A DNA stretch of 64,000 nucleotides from positions 256,001 through 320,000 of the forward strand of contig CAVVHS010000009.1 in NCBI GenBank assembly GCA_963748215.1, written 5' to 3'. Below are positions 29,822 to 45,487 of this stretch, piece after piece (position 1 is the first letter of the stretch; every line of letters starts with the position of its first letter). This stretch comes from an uncultured Gammaproteobacteria bacterium (GTDB lineage: Bacteria > Pseudomonadota > Gammaproteobacteria > UBA9214). Both the position numbers and the translations under genes were made by a program. The notes beneath the pieces were generated by a model. That model was not told where the DNA came from. It did no database searches and saw nothing but the letters and a program-made list of their open reading frames with translations.

Positions 29822-30607
29822 ATGACGCTGCTTGCCTGGATCGTCCTGTTCTGCCTGGTTGGCGGGGTGCTCAGCGTGCTGGCAGCCGCGGTTTTTCTGG
29901 TGCTCAGCGAGTCGCTGCGCAATCGCCTGTTGCCGCACCTGGTCAGCTTCGCCACCGGCACACTGCTGGGCGCCGCGCTGCTCGGCCTGCTGCCGCATGC
30001 GCTGGCCAGTGCCGCCGGCAGCGATACCCATACGATCCCGCTGGCGGTACTGCTGGGTCTGCTGGGTTTCTTCCTGCTGGAAAAACTGGTGCTGTGGCGG
30101 CATTGCCATGCCGATCACTGCGAGGTGCACGTGCCCGACGATCACGACCACATGCGCCGGCGCTCCACCGGCATGCTGATCCTGATCGGCGACGGCCTGC
30201 ACAACTTTCTCGACGGCATCCTCATCGCCGGCGCGTTCCTCGTCGACATCCACCTCGGCATCGTTACCAGCCTGGCGGTCGCGGCGCACGAGATACCGCA
30301 GGAGGTGGGTGACTTCGCGGTGCTGCTGCACAGCGGCTTCACGCGCGGCCGGGCCTTCCTTTACAACATCCTCTCCAGCCTGACCACGGTGGTGGGCGGT
30401 GTACTGGCCTGGTTAACGCTGCAGGAGATGGAGGCGGTGCTGCCCTACATCCTGGCCGTGGCGGCATCCAGCTTTATTTATATTGCGGTGGCCGACCTCA
30501 TTCCCACCCTGCACCGGCGCGTCGATGGTGCCGCCTCGGTCCAACAGATCATCCTGATTGCACTCGGCGTACTGCTGATCTACGCCACCCATTCCACTCT
30601 GCACTGA
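29822..30607 (+). CDS. ZIP-family metal transporter
   Basis: His-rich loop WRHCHADHCEVH, GDGLHNFLDG, AHEIPQEVGDF. Confidence 0.93.
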   Translation: MTLLAWIVLFCLVGGVLSVLAAAVFLVLSESLRNRLLPHLVSFATGTLLGAALLGLLPHALASAAGSDTHTIPLAVLLGLLGFFLLEKLVLWRHCHADHCEVHVPDDHDHMRRRSTGMLILIGDGLHNFLDGILIAGAFLVDIHLGIVTSLAVAAHEIPQEVGDFAVLLHSGFTRGRAFLYNILSSLTTVVGGVLAWLTLQEMEAVLPYILAVAASSFIYIAVADLIPTLHRRVDGAASVQQIILIALGVLLIYATHSTLH

Positions 30608-30627
30608 GCCGGCGGCCGCCTGGCGGG

Positions 30628-30656
30628 CTTGAAATCGGGCGATCACCGCCCAATCT
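30628..30656 (+). promoter_or_regulatory. Sigma-32 heat-shock promoter of clpB
   Basis: CTTGAAA-N14-CCCAATCT, close to the CTTGAAA-N13/14-CCCCATAT consensus. Confidence 0.7.
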
Positions 30657-30697
30657 GGGTGGTATATACCGATTATTTGCCGCGGAGGCATTGATTC

Positions 30698-33306
<2,609 letters not shown>

Positions 33307-33316
33307 TAGAATAATA

Positions 33317-33541
33317 GCCACGGAATCCACGGAAGAACACGGAAGGCTAAACGCACCCTGTGGCCACGGTTTGCTGCTGTGCCAGCATATTGGGTAGGGT
33401 GCGTTTTACGCACCGGGAATGGTGCACGAAGTGCACCCTACGGGCTTAATAGCCACGCAATGACACGGAAAATACAATCATCGCAGGCGTAGGGCGCGTT
33501 TCATGCACCATTCATTGCTCCCTTGTTGCGTCGCACCCTAC
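33317..33541. repeat. REP cluster: CACGGAA periodic repeat plus GTAG-type REP doublets
   Basis: GCCACGGAATCCACGGAAGAACACGGAA (33317); GTAGGGTGCGTTTTACGCACC...GGTGCACGAAGTGCACCCTAC (33394..33441); second doublet 33489..33541. Confidence 0.85.
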
Positions 33542-34365
33542 ACCCGGTACAGCAGCCGGTCGAGCAGCCGCGTCGACAGCACGCGCTTGAGTGTGCCGAA
33601 CAGGTAGGTCGGAAACGTCACGTAGTAGCGCGGGCGCGGGCGCGGACTTTCGATGGCATGCACGAGTTTCTTCAGTACCGCCCCGGGTGGCAGGGTAAAC
33701 GACACTGCCGGACCTTCCTTCGCCAGGCGCTGTTCCATGTGCTCATAGGCGGCGCGATGCACACTGTGCGCCGCGTCGATATTGCGCCGGTAGGCGAGCA
33801 GTGCATTTGCCCGGAAACGGCTTTCTATCGGTCCGGGTTCGATCAGCGACGCGTGGATGCCGCTGCCGCGCAGTTCCAGCCGCAGGGTATCGGCCAGCCC
33901 CTCGATGGCATACTTGCTGGCGTTGTACGCGCCACGGTAGCGCAGCGCGACAAAGCCCAGCACCGAGCTGTTGAAGACGATGCGGCCGTGACCCTGGCCG
34001 CGCATCACCGACAGCGCGCGCCGGGTCAGTTCATGCCAGCCGAGCACGTTGGTCTCGAACTGCTCTCGCAGTGCCTCGCGTGTCAGGTCTTCCACCGCGC
34101 CGGGCTGGCCGTAGGCGCCGTTGTTGAACAGGGCATCGAGCCGGCCGCCGCTGCGTGACAGGATTTCATCGACGGCGGCGTTGAGCGAGGCGGGGTCCGC
34201 CAGGTCGAGCGGCAGGCTTTCCAGCCCCTCGGCGGCCAGTCGCTTCACGTCGGCCGGACGGCGTGCGGTGGCAAACACCCGCCAGCCGCGCGCCTTGAGT
34301 CCGTGCGCGCAGCACAGTCCGATACCCGATGAACAGCCGGTGATCAGGATGGATCGCTCTTGCAT
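33538..34365 (-). CDS. Short-chain dehydrogenase/reductase (YbbO-like)
   Basis: ITGCSSGIG, NNGAYG, YNASK. Confidence 0.93.
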   Translation of the reverse strand: MQERSILITGCSSGIGLCCAHGLKARGWRVFATARRPADVKRLAAEGLESLPLDLADPASLNAAVDEILSRSGGRLDALFNNGAYGQPGAVEDLTREALREQFETNVLGWHELTRRALSVMRGQGHGRIVFNSSVLGFVALRYRGAYNASKYAIEGLADTLRLELRGSGIHASLIEPGPIESRFRANALLAYRRNIDAAHSVHRAAYEHMEQRLAKEGPAVSFTLPPGAVLKKLVHAIESPRPRPRYYVTFPTYLFGTLKRVLSTRLLDRLLYRV

Positions 34366-34567
34366 GATTAAACCTGCCGGGTTGCTGTTACAGGCGACTG
34401 ATTATCCAGAAATTTGTCAGCCGCGCGAGGGGATGGGCGTGCAGGCCGTCGCTGAGGGTTAACCGAAAAACTTGTCTGCAAGGTGCGCATTCCTTAGTAT
34501 CTCCGCGTTATTCATAAAGAATCATCCGCCGCATACGGATGGCCATGCACATTCAGGAGGGGAGTTA

Positions 34568-35161
34568 ATGAACAACAAACGATTGTCAGCCATGCTGGCG
34601 GGTGTACTGTTCGCCGCCGTTGCCCAGCAGGCAACAGCTGCCAAGGGTCCGGAGTACAGCTACGCCGAAATCGGCTACGTCAATATCAATGGTGACCTGA
34701 TCGAAGGCGATGGCGCCGGCGTGAATATCTCCTTTGGTGCGACGGACCACATCTTCCTCAAGTTCGGTTATTCCCGGCTGTGGCTGGAAGCATCCACTCC
34801 TCCTTCTGTCGATTTTGACGCCGACCGCTTTCAGATCGGCGGCGGCATGCACTACGGCATCACCGACACCATCGATGTGCTCGGTGCCATCAGCTACGTC
34901 GATATCGAGTACTCGAATGGCGTACCGGCCGAGGCCGATGACGGCTACCTGGCCGAGCTCGGTGTGCGTGCCATGCTGAGCAAAAAACTGGAGCTGAACG
35001 CCACCGTCTCCGCCCTGCATATCGACGGCGATAATGACACCGGCTACGGCGTCGGTGCCGTGTTTGACATCACCAAGACCTTTGCGCTGAGCGGCAGCTA
35101 CAATTACTTCCAGGACGACAGCGACAACCAGTTCTTCGTCGGCGTGCGCATGGGGTTCTAG
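34568..35161 (+). CDS. Small outer-membrane beta-barrel protein
   Basis: Signal peptide MNNKRLSAML...ATA, alternating beta strands, C-terminal VGVRMGF; GGAG RBS. Confidence 0.8.
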   Translation: MNNKRLSAMLAGVLFAAVAQQATAAKGPEYSYAEIGYVNINGDLIEGDGAGVNISFGATDHIFLKFGYSRLWLEASTPPSVDFDADRFQIGGGMHYGITDTIDVLGAISYVDIEYSNGVPAEADDGYLAELGVRAMLSKKLELNATVSALHIDGDNDTGYGVGAVFDITKTFALSGSYNYFQDDSDNQFFVGVRMGF

Positions 35162-35173
35162 CCCGCATTATCC

Positions 35174-35197
35174 GGAACCCGCCGTCCGGCGGGTTCC
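35174..35197 (+). terminator. Hairpin terminator between convergent genes
   Basis: GGAACCCGCC-GTCC-GGCGGGTTCC followed by TTGTTT. Confidence 0.7.
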
Positions 35198-35223
35198 TTG
35201 TTTCCGGCCCGCGGAAAAACACT

Positions 35224-37042
35224 TCAGACGGAATCCGTCACCTGCGCCGTTGCCAGTTCGCGCTGTTCCTCCTGCTGCAGTGCCCAGAGCTTCGCGTAGA
35301 TGCCGTTGTGCGCCAGCAGCGCCTGGTGCACGCCGGACTCGATGATGCGCCCCGCCTCCATGACCAGGATGTGGTCGGCATCGACGATGGTCGACAGGCG
35401 ATGCGCGATCACCAGGCTGGTGTGATGTGCGGCCGCCTCGCGCAACGCGTCCAGGATGAGCTGTTCGGACTGCGAGTCCAGGCTCGAGGTGGCCTCGTCG
35501 AACACCAGGATGCGCGGGTTCTTCAAGACGGCGCGCGCAATGGCGACACGCTGCTTTTCGCCGCCGGACAGTTTCAGGCCGCGTTCGCCGACCACCGTCT
35601 CGTAGCCCTCTGGCAGGGTGGTGATGAATTCATGCAGGTTGGCCAGGCGCGCGGCCTGCTGCACCTGTTCGCACCGTTGCCCCCGGATGCGCATAGGCGA
35701 TGTTGTAATACAGCGATTCGTTGAACAGCACCGTGTCCTGCGGCACGATGCCGATAGTGCGACGCAGGCTGTCCTGGCTGACCTCGCGGATGTCCTGGCC
35801 GTTGATCAGGATGCGTCCCTGCGTGATGTCGTAGAAGCGGAACAGCAGGCGCGCAAGGGTCGACTTGCCGGCGCCGCTCGGCCCGACGATGGCCACTTTC
35901 TGGCCCGGCTGCACGGTAAAGCTGATGTTGTGCAGGATCGGGCGCGCCGGTTCGTAGGCGAACGACACCTGCTCGAAGCGGATCTCCCCCGTGCCGGCAT
36001 CCAGCGCGGGCGCGTCCGGCCGGTCGGTGATCTCCGGGGTGCGCTCCAGTACCTCGAACATCAGGTGCATGTCGGCGAGCGCGTGTTTCAGCTGGCTGTA
36101 GACCACGCCGAGGAAACCGAGCGGGATGAACAGCTGCAGCAGGAAGGCATTCACCAGCACCAGGTCGCCCAGCGTCATGGTGCCGGCAACCACGCCCTGC
36201 GCGGCCAGCATCATGATCAGCGTGACGCCCGAGGCGATGATCGCCGACTGGCCGAAGTTCAGCGCCGACAGCGAGGTCTGGCTCTTCACGGCCGATTCCT
36301 CCCAGCTCTGCAGGCTGTCGTTGTAGCGCCGCAGCTCGTAATCCTCGTTGCCGAAGTACTTCACGGTTTCGTAATTCAGCAGGCTGTCGATGGCCTGGGT
36401 ATTGGCCTTCGAGTCGAAGGCATTCATGCTGACGCGGTACTTCATGCGCCATTCGGTGATGTACATGGTGAACGCGATGTAGAGGACCACGGCGACGAAG
36501 GTGACCACGGCGAACCAGACGTCATAGCGCGTCAACAGGATGCCGGCGATGAGGGTGATCTCGACCAGCGTGGGCAGGATGCTGAACACCATGTAGTTCA
36601 TCAGCGAGCTGACACTGCGCGTGCCGCGCTCGATGTCGCGCGACAGGCCGCCGGTCTTGCGTTCCAGGTGAAAACGCAGCGACAGGCGGTGCAGGTGTTC
36701 CAGCACCTTGAGCGAGACCTGGCGCATGGCGCCGTGGCGTACGCGTGCGAACACGGAATCGCGCAGCTCGTTGAACAGCGAGCTGGTCAGCTTGAGGGCG
36801 CCATAACCGAGCAGCAGGGCCAGCGGCAGCACCAGCACCTCGGTCTTGCCCACGTCCAGCCTGTCGACGATGCCCTTCAGCACCAGCGGCACGCCGACAT
36901 TGGCGACCTTGGCCAGCACCAGGAAGGCGAGCGCCAGCAGCACGCGGCCGCGGTAGGTCCACAGGAACGGCGCCAGCGAGCGCAGCGTCCGGATATCATA
37001 GCCGGCGCTGCCGGGCATGTCGGTGGGGCGGTGGATTTGCAT
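35224..37042 (-). CDS. Atm1/HMT1-like ABC half-transporter (frameshift near 35672)
   Basis: FHLERKTGGLSRDIERG, DSLLNYETVKYF, GPSGAGKST, LSGGEKQR, VFDEATS. Confidence 0.92.
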
Positions 37043-37210
37043 GGTGTGCCGGGCCTGTGAGCGGAACACACTATTCTCACAGAATCGGCAGGCAGGCGGT
37101 ACCGTGGTTCAGTCCGGCGCGCGGCGGTCCGGGCCATGGCGCTGTTTTCAGGCCGCCTGGCCTGTATAATGCGCCGGCCTGGAAATCAGGCCGAATGACG
37201 GGAATTATGC

Positions 37211-37516
37211 ATGCCAATCTATGAATATCAGTGCACTGCCTGCGGGCACACCTTCGACACCCTGCGGAAGATCAGCGAGCCGCCCCTGACGCGCTGCCCC
37301 GAATGCGGGGCAGAGGCGCTGAAAAAACTGATCTCGCCCAGCGCCTTCCGCCTCAAGGGCGGTGGCTGGTACGAGACCGACTTCAAGACCGGCACCAAGA
37401 AGAACGTCGCCGGTGGCGACAAGCCCGCCAAGAGTGGTTCCGACAAGCCCGCCAAGAGTGGTTCAGACAAGCCGGCCGCGACCGGCTCCGGAGACACCTC
37501 CAAGCCCAAAAAGTGA
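37211..37516 (+). CDS. FmdB-family zinc-ribbon protein
   Basis: [12 protein letters not shown]...CPECG...[13 protein letters not shown]; typical position upstream of aspS. Confidence 0.92.
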   Translation: MPIYEYQCTACGHTFDTLRKISEPPLTRCPECGAEALKKLISPSAFRLKGGGWYETDFKTGTKKNVAGGDKPAKSGSDKPAKSGSDKPAATGSGDTSKPKK

Positions 37517-37598
37517 GTCGGATCAGTCTGATATTGCGCCTCCTCGCGCAACCCCGTACCATTTCACGCTTTCCAACGCCCTCGACCGGAATCCAGCC

Positions 37599-39380
<1,782 letters not shown>

Positions 39381-39596
39381 TCGGACAGACGGCGCGGGAT
39401 GTTTCGTCCCGTGTCGGCAACGGAGAGTCTGATGTGTTGCGGTGAGATCCATGCCCAGCAGGTTGTGACCAGCAGGCGGATGCATCGGAGCATGCACTTG
39501 CTGCAAATCCACTCAATGTCTGCGGGGCGGTAGCAGTGCAGCCGGGTTGCATGGCGGTACTGACCCCGGGGCCACTCGCAGGCGGAGAAGAAGCGC

Positions 39597-40943
39597 ATGA
39601 ATAAGAATATTTTACTGCTGCTGGGCGTGACGGTCCTGACCCTGCTGGTCGCGCTGGGGCTGATTCGCCAGCTGGCGCCGGGTCTGCTGGGCGGACCGAC
39701 GGACCTGCAGCTGGTGCAGCTCGATGAGCGGGTGCCCCCGTTCTTCGAGGGCGTGTTCCGCGAAGAGCACGCCAGCAGCCAGGAGTTTCTCCTCAAGGAC
39801 CCGCTGACGCGGGTGCGGGCACGGCCGTTTTACCCGCCCGAGCCGGCTATCGGCCCGAATGATTTGCTGGGGTTCCGCAATGCAGCGGTACCGGTGGCGG
39901 CGGATATCGTGACCATCGGCGACAGCATGACCTACGGCAATAACGCGCCCATGCAGGAGAACTGGCCAGCCTGGATGCAGTCCGCGCTGCAACGCGAGGA
40001 CGTGAATGTCTACAACATGTCAACCGGCGGCTGGGCGGCAGTCCAGTACCTGGACATGCTCGGCCATGCGGCATCGTTTCGTCCCTACCTCGTGGTGGTC
40101 GCGTTCTACACCGGCAATGATCCGCTCGAATCCCTGCAGCTGGTGAACGGCAACGAGAACTGGCGCTGGCTGAAGGCACGCGCCGGCATCGCTGACGGGG
40201 TTTCGTTGCAGGGGTTACCTACGTTTTCGCTGGATGCCCCCGTGGAGGAACAATGGCCGGTGACCTTCAGCGATGGTGTTGCGACTGTGTTCACGCCGCA
40301 ATATCGGTTGATATCCAACACTGATCACCCGGGCGTCGATGCCGGCTATGCACTCATGGCAACAGCAGGCCGGATGATCGCTGAGCAGGCAAAACAACTG
40401 GGCATACAGCCGGTATTCACCATCATCCCCACCAAGGAACTGGCTTATGCGGACAAGGTGAGCGCGGAGGGTCTCGAGGCTCCGGAGCCCTACCGTGCGC
40501 TGGTCGACGCAGAGTCCGGCCGGGTTGCGGCGCTGGCCGCACAGTTGCAGGCCATCGACGGGGCGCGTTACGTGGACGTGGTGAGCACGCTGCAACGCGC
40601 GGCATTGGGCAACTCGGCACTTTACCCGAATGACATCAACGGTCATCCACTGGCGGCCGGCTACAAGGTAATCGGCGACAGCATTGCCGCGGCCATAACC
40701 GGTCTGGTGCCGGAACCGGCCAGCGGCCTGTATGCATTCGCCAAAGACAGTGAAATCTTTCTGGCCCTGGTGAACGACGAGGGTCTCTGGTACTTCCAGT
40801 CGGAGGCGGTTATCGAACAGAACGGCTGGCCGGAGGGTGAAGTACCCATGGTCAGTCCGCGCCAGCTGTTGCGCCTGCCGTTCAAGGGCGTAATCGACCG
40901 GGTCGATCCGCAGCGCTTTGGCCCGGCGTGTTGCCAGGGCTAG
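39597..40943 (+). CDS. Membrane-anchored SGNH/GDSL hydrolase-fold protein
   Basis: N-terminal TM, IGDSMTYG (block I), TGND (block III), NGHP (block V). Confidence 0.8.
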   Translation: MNKNILLLLGVTVLTLLVALGLIRQLAPGLLGGPTDLQLVQLDERVPPFFEGVFREEHASSQEFLLKDPLTRVRARPFYPPEPAIGPNDLLGFRNAAVPVAADIVTIGDSMTYGNNAPMQENWPAWMQSALQREDVNVYNMSTGGWAAVQYLDMLGHAASFRPYLVVVAFYTGNDPLESLQLVNGNENWRWLKARAGIADGVSLQGLPTFSLDAPVEEQWPVTFSDGVATVFTPQYRLISNTDHPGVDAGYALMATAGRMIAEQAKQLGIQPVFTIIPTKELAYADKVSAEGLEAPEPYRALVDAESGRVAALAAQLQAIDGARYVDVVSTLQRAALGNSALYPNDINGHPLAAGYKVIGDSIAAAITGLVPEPASGLYAFAKDSEIFLALVNDEGLWYFQSEAVIEQNGWPEGEVPMVSPRQLLRLPFKGVIDRVDPQRFGPACCQG

Positions 40944-41128
40944 CCCGCATTCCTCACCGGGCGGCAGTAGACTCGCGTAATGAACTGAAATCATGAAAGT
41001 GATGCCCATTCAGCAACAAACAGTGTATCGCCGGGCGGCGGGAGAAGCAGGAGACAAGCGTGTTAATTCCGCCGGGCTGCACGCAATGCTAGAATCCCGC
41101 GATATTGCATTTACGAGGTAGCAGCACC

Positions 41129-41875
41129 ATGGCAGGACACAGTAAATGGGCAAACATCCAGCACCGTAAAAATGCCCAGGACGCCAAGCGCGGCAAGCTG
41201 TTCACCAAGCTGATCCGCGAAATCACCGTCGCCGCGCGCATGGGCGATCCGGACCCGGCGTCCAACCCGCGTCTGCGCATGGCGGTGGACAAGGCGCTTA
41301 CCGCCAACATGACCAAGGACACCATCGAGCGCGCCATCAAGCGCGGCTCGGGTGCCGCGGAAGGTGACAATTTCGAAGAGGTGCGCTACGAGGGTTACGG
41401 TCCCGGCGGCGTCGCGGTCATGGTCGACTGCATGACCGACAACCGCAACCGTACCGTGGCCGAGGTGCGCCATGCCTTCAGCAAGGACGGCGGCAATCTC
41501 GGCACCGACGGCTCGGTGGCCTACCAGTTCGCCAAGACCGGTGTGCTGAGCTACCCCAGGGGCACCGACGAGGAAAGTCTCATGGAGGCCGCGCTGGAGG
41601 CGGGTGCCGACGACGTGCGCGGCAACGACGACGGGTCCTTCGACGTGCTGACGCAGCCGGAACAGTTCATCGACGTGCGCGATGCCATGGTCGCCGCCGG
41701 GCTGGAACCCGAACAGGCCGAGGTCACCATGCGCGCCGACAATACCGTCGCGCTGGATCTGGATAATGCGGAAAAGATGGTGCGCATGCTGGAGCGTCTG
41801 GAAGACCTCGATGACGTGCAGGATGTCTATTCCAACGCGGACATCGCCGAGGACATCCTGGCACAGCTGGCCTGA
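41129..41875 (+). CDS. yebC: YebC/PmpR family protein
   Basis: [38 protein letters not shown]. Confidence 0.97.
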   Translation: MAGHSKWANIQHRKNAQDAKRGKLFTKLIREITVAARMGDPDPASNPRLRMAVDKALTANMTKDTIERAIKRGSGAAEGDNFEEVRYEGYGPGGVAVMVDCMTDNRNRTVAEVRHAFSKDGGNLGTDGSVAYQFAKTGVLSYPRGTDEESLMEAALEAGADDVRGNDDGSFDVLTQPEQFIDVRDAMVAAGLEPEQAEVTMRADNTVALDLDNAEKMVRMLERLEDLDDVQDVYSNADIAEDILAQLA

Positions 41876-41957
41876 GCGGTTTTCGGTACCGTGACCGAGC
41901 GGGACGCGCCTCGCTGGCAAGTCGGTATCCGGTTGCAATAAATGAAACAAGGAAATG

Positions 41958-42335
41958 GCCACGGAAGCACACGGAAGAGTGTAGGGCGCACCCGGTGCAC
42001 CATTGCGTGAGCGTGAGACGTGAGACGTGAGACGTGAAAGGTGAATTGTGTTCACGTTGGGATCATTGTTGCAGGAGCGCATCTCATGCGCGAATGGGTG
42101 TGCGAAATTCGTTCGCGGACAGCATCAGCTCCTACACCTTCACGCGCGGGCATGGTCGCCTCGGGCTTCCTGCCCTCGCGCGACACTCGCACATGGCCCA
42201 GGCCAGCCTCTCGACCCGGGCTATGCCCGTAAAAACGGTCTCACCTTCTCCCTGTACTTCTCGCGGTAGACGCCAGCCAAGGAACCATACGGAAAGGGTT
42301 TTATTTTTCCGTGTTCTTCCGTGTTCTTCCGTGGC
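41958..42335. repeat. Mosaic repeat cluster between yebC and ruvC
   Basis: GCCACGGAAGCACACGGAA (41958), GTAG REP, (GTGAGAC)n at 42006..42045, GCAGGAGCG...GCTCCTAC doublet 42071..42135, inverted (TTCCGTG)x3 at 42307..42335. Confidence 0.8.
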
Positions 42336-42452
42336 CATTACGGGGTGTTACACCGATAGACGACATTTATCCAGCGCGGGCATGCAGGCTGTTATATGAT
42401 GTTTGCCACTTGTTTTCGCAAGCCGCAATCAACGGAGGCATGACCGCCACAC

Positions 42453-42968
42453 ATGACGCGTATCCTCGGCATCGACCCGGGCTCCCGGGTCACCGGCTAC
42501 GGCATCGTCGACCAGGACGGGCAGCGCCTCGCTTACGTGGCCAGCGGCTGCATTCGCGTGCGCGGTGATACGCTGGCGGAACGGCTCGGCATCATCCTGT
42601 CCGGCGTCGGCGACATCATCGGCGAATACCGGCCCGACGAAATGGCCATCGAATGCGTGTTCATCAGCAAGAACGCCGATTCCGCGCTCAAGCTCGGCCA
42701 GGCGCGCGGTGCGGCGATCTGCGCCGCGGTGCAACAGGACATTCCCGTCGACGAATACGCCGCGCGCGCGATCAAGCAGGCCGTGACCGGCACCGGTGCG
42801 GCCACCAAGGAACAGGTGCAGCACATGATATGCGTGCTGCTGGCTCTGCGCGGCAAGCCGCCCAGCGACGCCGCCGACGCGCTCGGCATCGCCGTGTGCC
42901 ACGGTCATCACCGTGAAACGCGCCGCCGCATGCAGGCCATGCAGCCGGCGCGCGAGGCTCGCACGTGA
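42453..42968 (+). CDS. ruvC: Holliday junction resolvase
   Basis: [25 protein letters not shown]. Confidence 0.97.
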   Translation: MTRILGIDPGSRVTGYGIVDQDGQRLAYVASGCIRVRGDTLAERLGIILSGVGDIIGEYRPDEMAIECVFISKNADSALKLGQARGAAICAAVQQDIPVDEYAARAIKQAVTGTGAATKEQVQHMICVLLALRGKPPSDAADALGIAVCHGHHRETRRRMQAMQPAREART

Positions 42969-43561
42969 TCGGCCTGCTGCGCGGCCGCCTGCTCGACAAG
43001 CAGCCGCCGACGCTGCTGCTCGATGTGCAGGGCGTCGGCTACGAGGTCGACGTGCCCATGACCACCTTCTACGACCTGCCTGCCGTCGGCCACGACATCA
43101 CGCTCTACACCCACCTGGCGGTGCGCGAGGACGCGCACACCCTGTACGGTTTCGTGCGCCTGTCCGACCGCACGCTGTTCCGGCACCTGCTCAAGGTCAA
43201 CGGCGTCGGCGCGCGGCTGGCGCTGGGCATCCTCTCCGGCATGGACGCCGGCCAGTTCACCGCCTGCGTGCAGGCCGGTGATACGGCTGCGCTGGTGCGA
43301 CTGCCCGGCATCGGCAAGAAGACCGCCGAGCGGCTCATCATCGAGCTGCGCGACCGGTTGACGGCCGAAGCCGGTACGGCCGCGGTGGCACCCGGCGCGG
43401 CCGGGACGTCCGCGTCCAGCCCGGTGGAGGATGCGGTCAGCGCGCTGGTCGGGCTCGGCTACAAGCCGCAGGAGGCCAGCCGCATGGTGCGCGCGATAAA
43501 CGCCATGGAATTGTCGTCTGAGGAGATTATCCGCCAGGCCCTGCAATCGATGGTGCAATAG
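42965..43561 (+). CDS. ruvA: Holliday junction branch migration protein
   Basis: [33 protein letters not shown]. Confidence 0.97.
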   Translation: MIGLLRGRLLDKQPPTLLLDVQGVGYEVDVPMTTFYDLPAVGHDITLYTHLAVREDAHTLYGFVRLSDRTLFRHLLKVNGVGARLALGILSGMDAGQFTACVQAGDTAALVRLPGIGKKTAERLIIELRDRLTAEAGTAAVAPGAAGTSASSPVEDAVSALVGLGYKPQEASRMVRAINAMELSSEEIIRQALQSMVQ

Positions 43562-43818
43562 CCCGCCTCTTGCACCAGTCGGCCACGTGCCTGCGGGATA
43601 TCATGTGAAAATGGGATAATAAGCAGCGATGGTCCATCGAAATCCAGGGTTACAGTTTGTAACGGCCCAAGGCCTATCCGGGCTCTGGCTGGTCCATGCA
43701 CGCCTGGACTTGCCCTTCACTCAAGGCATAGCTACGGCTATGCCTTTCGTTCCAGGGCGGCGTCCAGCCGCACCTGTCCTTCGCCAGCATCCCGGATACT
43801 GGTGCAAGAGGCGAGCTA
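43559..43818. mobile_element. 260 bp MITE-like element with TA ends
   Basis: TAGCCCGCCTCTTGCACCAGT ... ACTGGTGCAAGAGGCGAGCTA (20/21 inverted match); internal hairpin AAGGCATAGC-TACG-GCTATGCCTT. Confidence 0.8.
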
Positions 43819-43857
43819 GCTTGATTACTGCCGCCGGCTCACAGACACTACTCGACC

Positions 43858-44922
<1,065 letters not shown>

Positions 44923-45088
44923 TCAACCGGATGTCGCTGTTCCCCGACAGCTTGACACGCTGCATGCATGCTAACACCATCACGCGACAGTGAATTTATC
45001 GTACCCGCCGTGGTCTCTACCCCGCATACAGCACCGGTTGCCGGAATGATGGCGCAAGATGCGGGTTAATGGTCAATGAGGAGAGCGA

Positions 45089-45487
45089 GTGGCCGGCTTT
45101 CAGTGGCGCGTGCGCGTCTATTACGAGGACACCGACAGCGGCGGCGTGGTCTACTACGCCAATTACCTGCGTTTCATGGAACGCAGCAGGACGGAGTGGA
45201 TGCGCACACTGGGTTTTGAGCAGGACCGGCTGCATGCCGAGCATGGCATCCTGTTTGCCGTGCGTTCCGCGCACATCGATTTTCGGCTGCCTGCGCGTTT
45301 CAACGAGCAGCTCGACGTGAGTGCCGAGGTCGTGCGGCGCGGCCGCGCCAGCCTGACGTTCCGGCAGGCCATAACGCGCATGGACGACGCGCAGCTGCTG
45401 TGCGACGCGCAGGTGAAAATCGCCTGCCTCGATGCGGATGCGTTCCGGCCCAGGCCGATACCGGATTTCATTTTGAAGGAGCTTTGA
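45089..45487 (+). CDS. ybgC: Tol-pal-associated acyl-CoA thioesterase
   Basis: RVYYEDTDSGGVVYYANYL. Confidence 0.95.
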   Translation: MAGFQWRVRVYYEDTDSGGVVYYANYLRFMERSRTEWMRTLGFEQDRLHAEHGILFAVRSAHIDFRLPARFNEQLDVSAEVVRRGRASLTFRQAITRMDDAQLLCDAQVKIACLDADAFRPRPIPDFILKEL

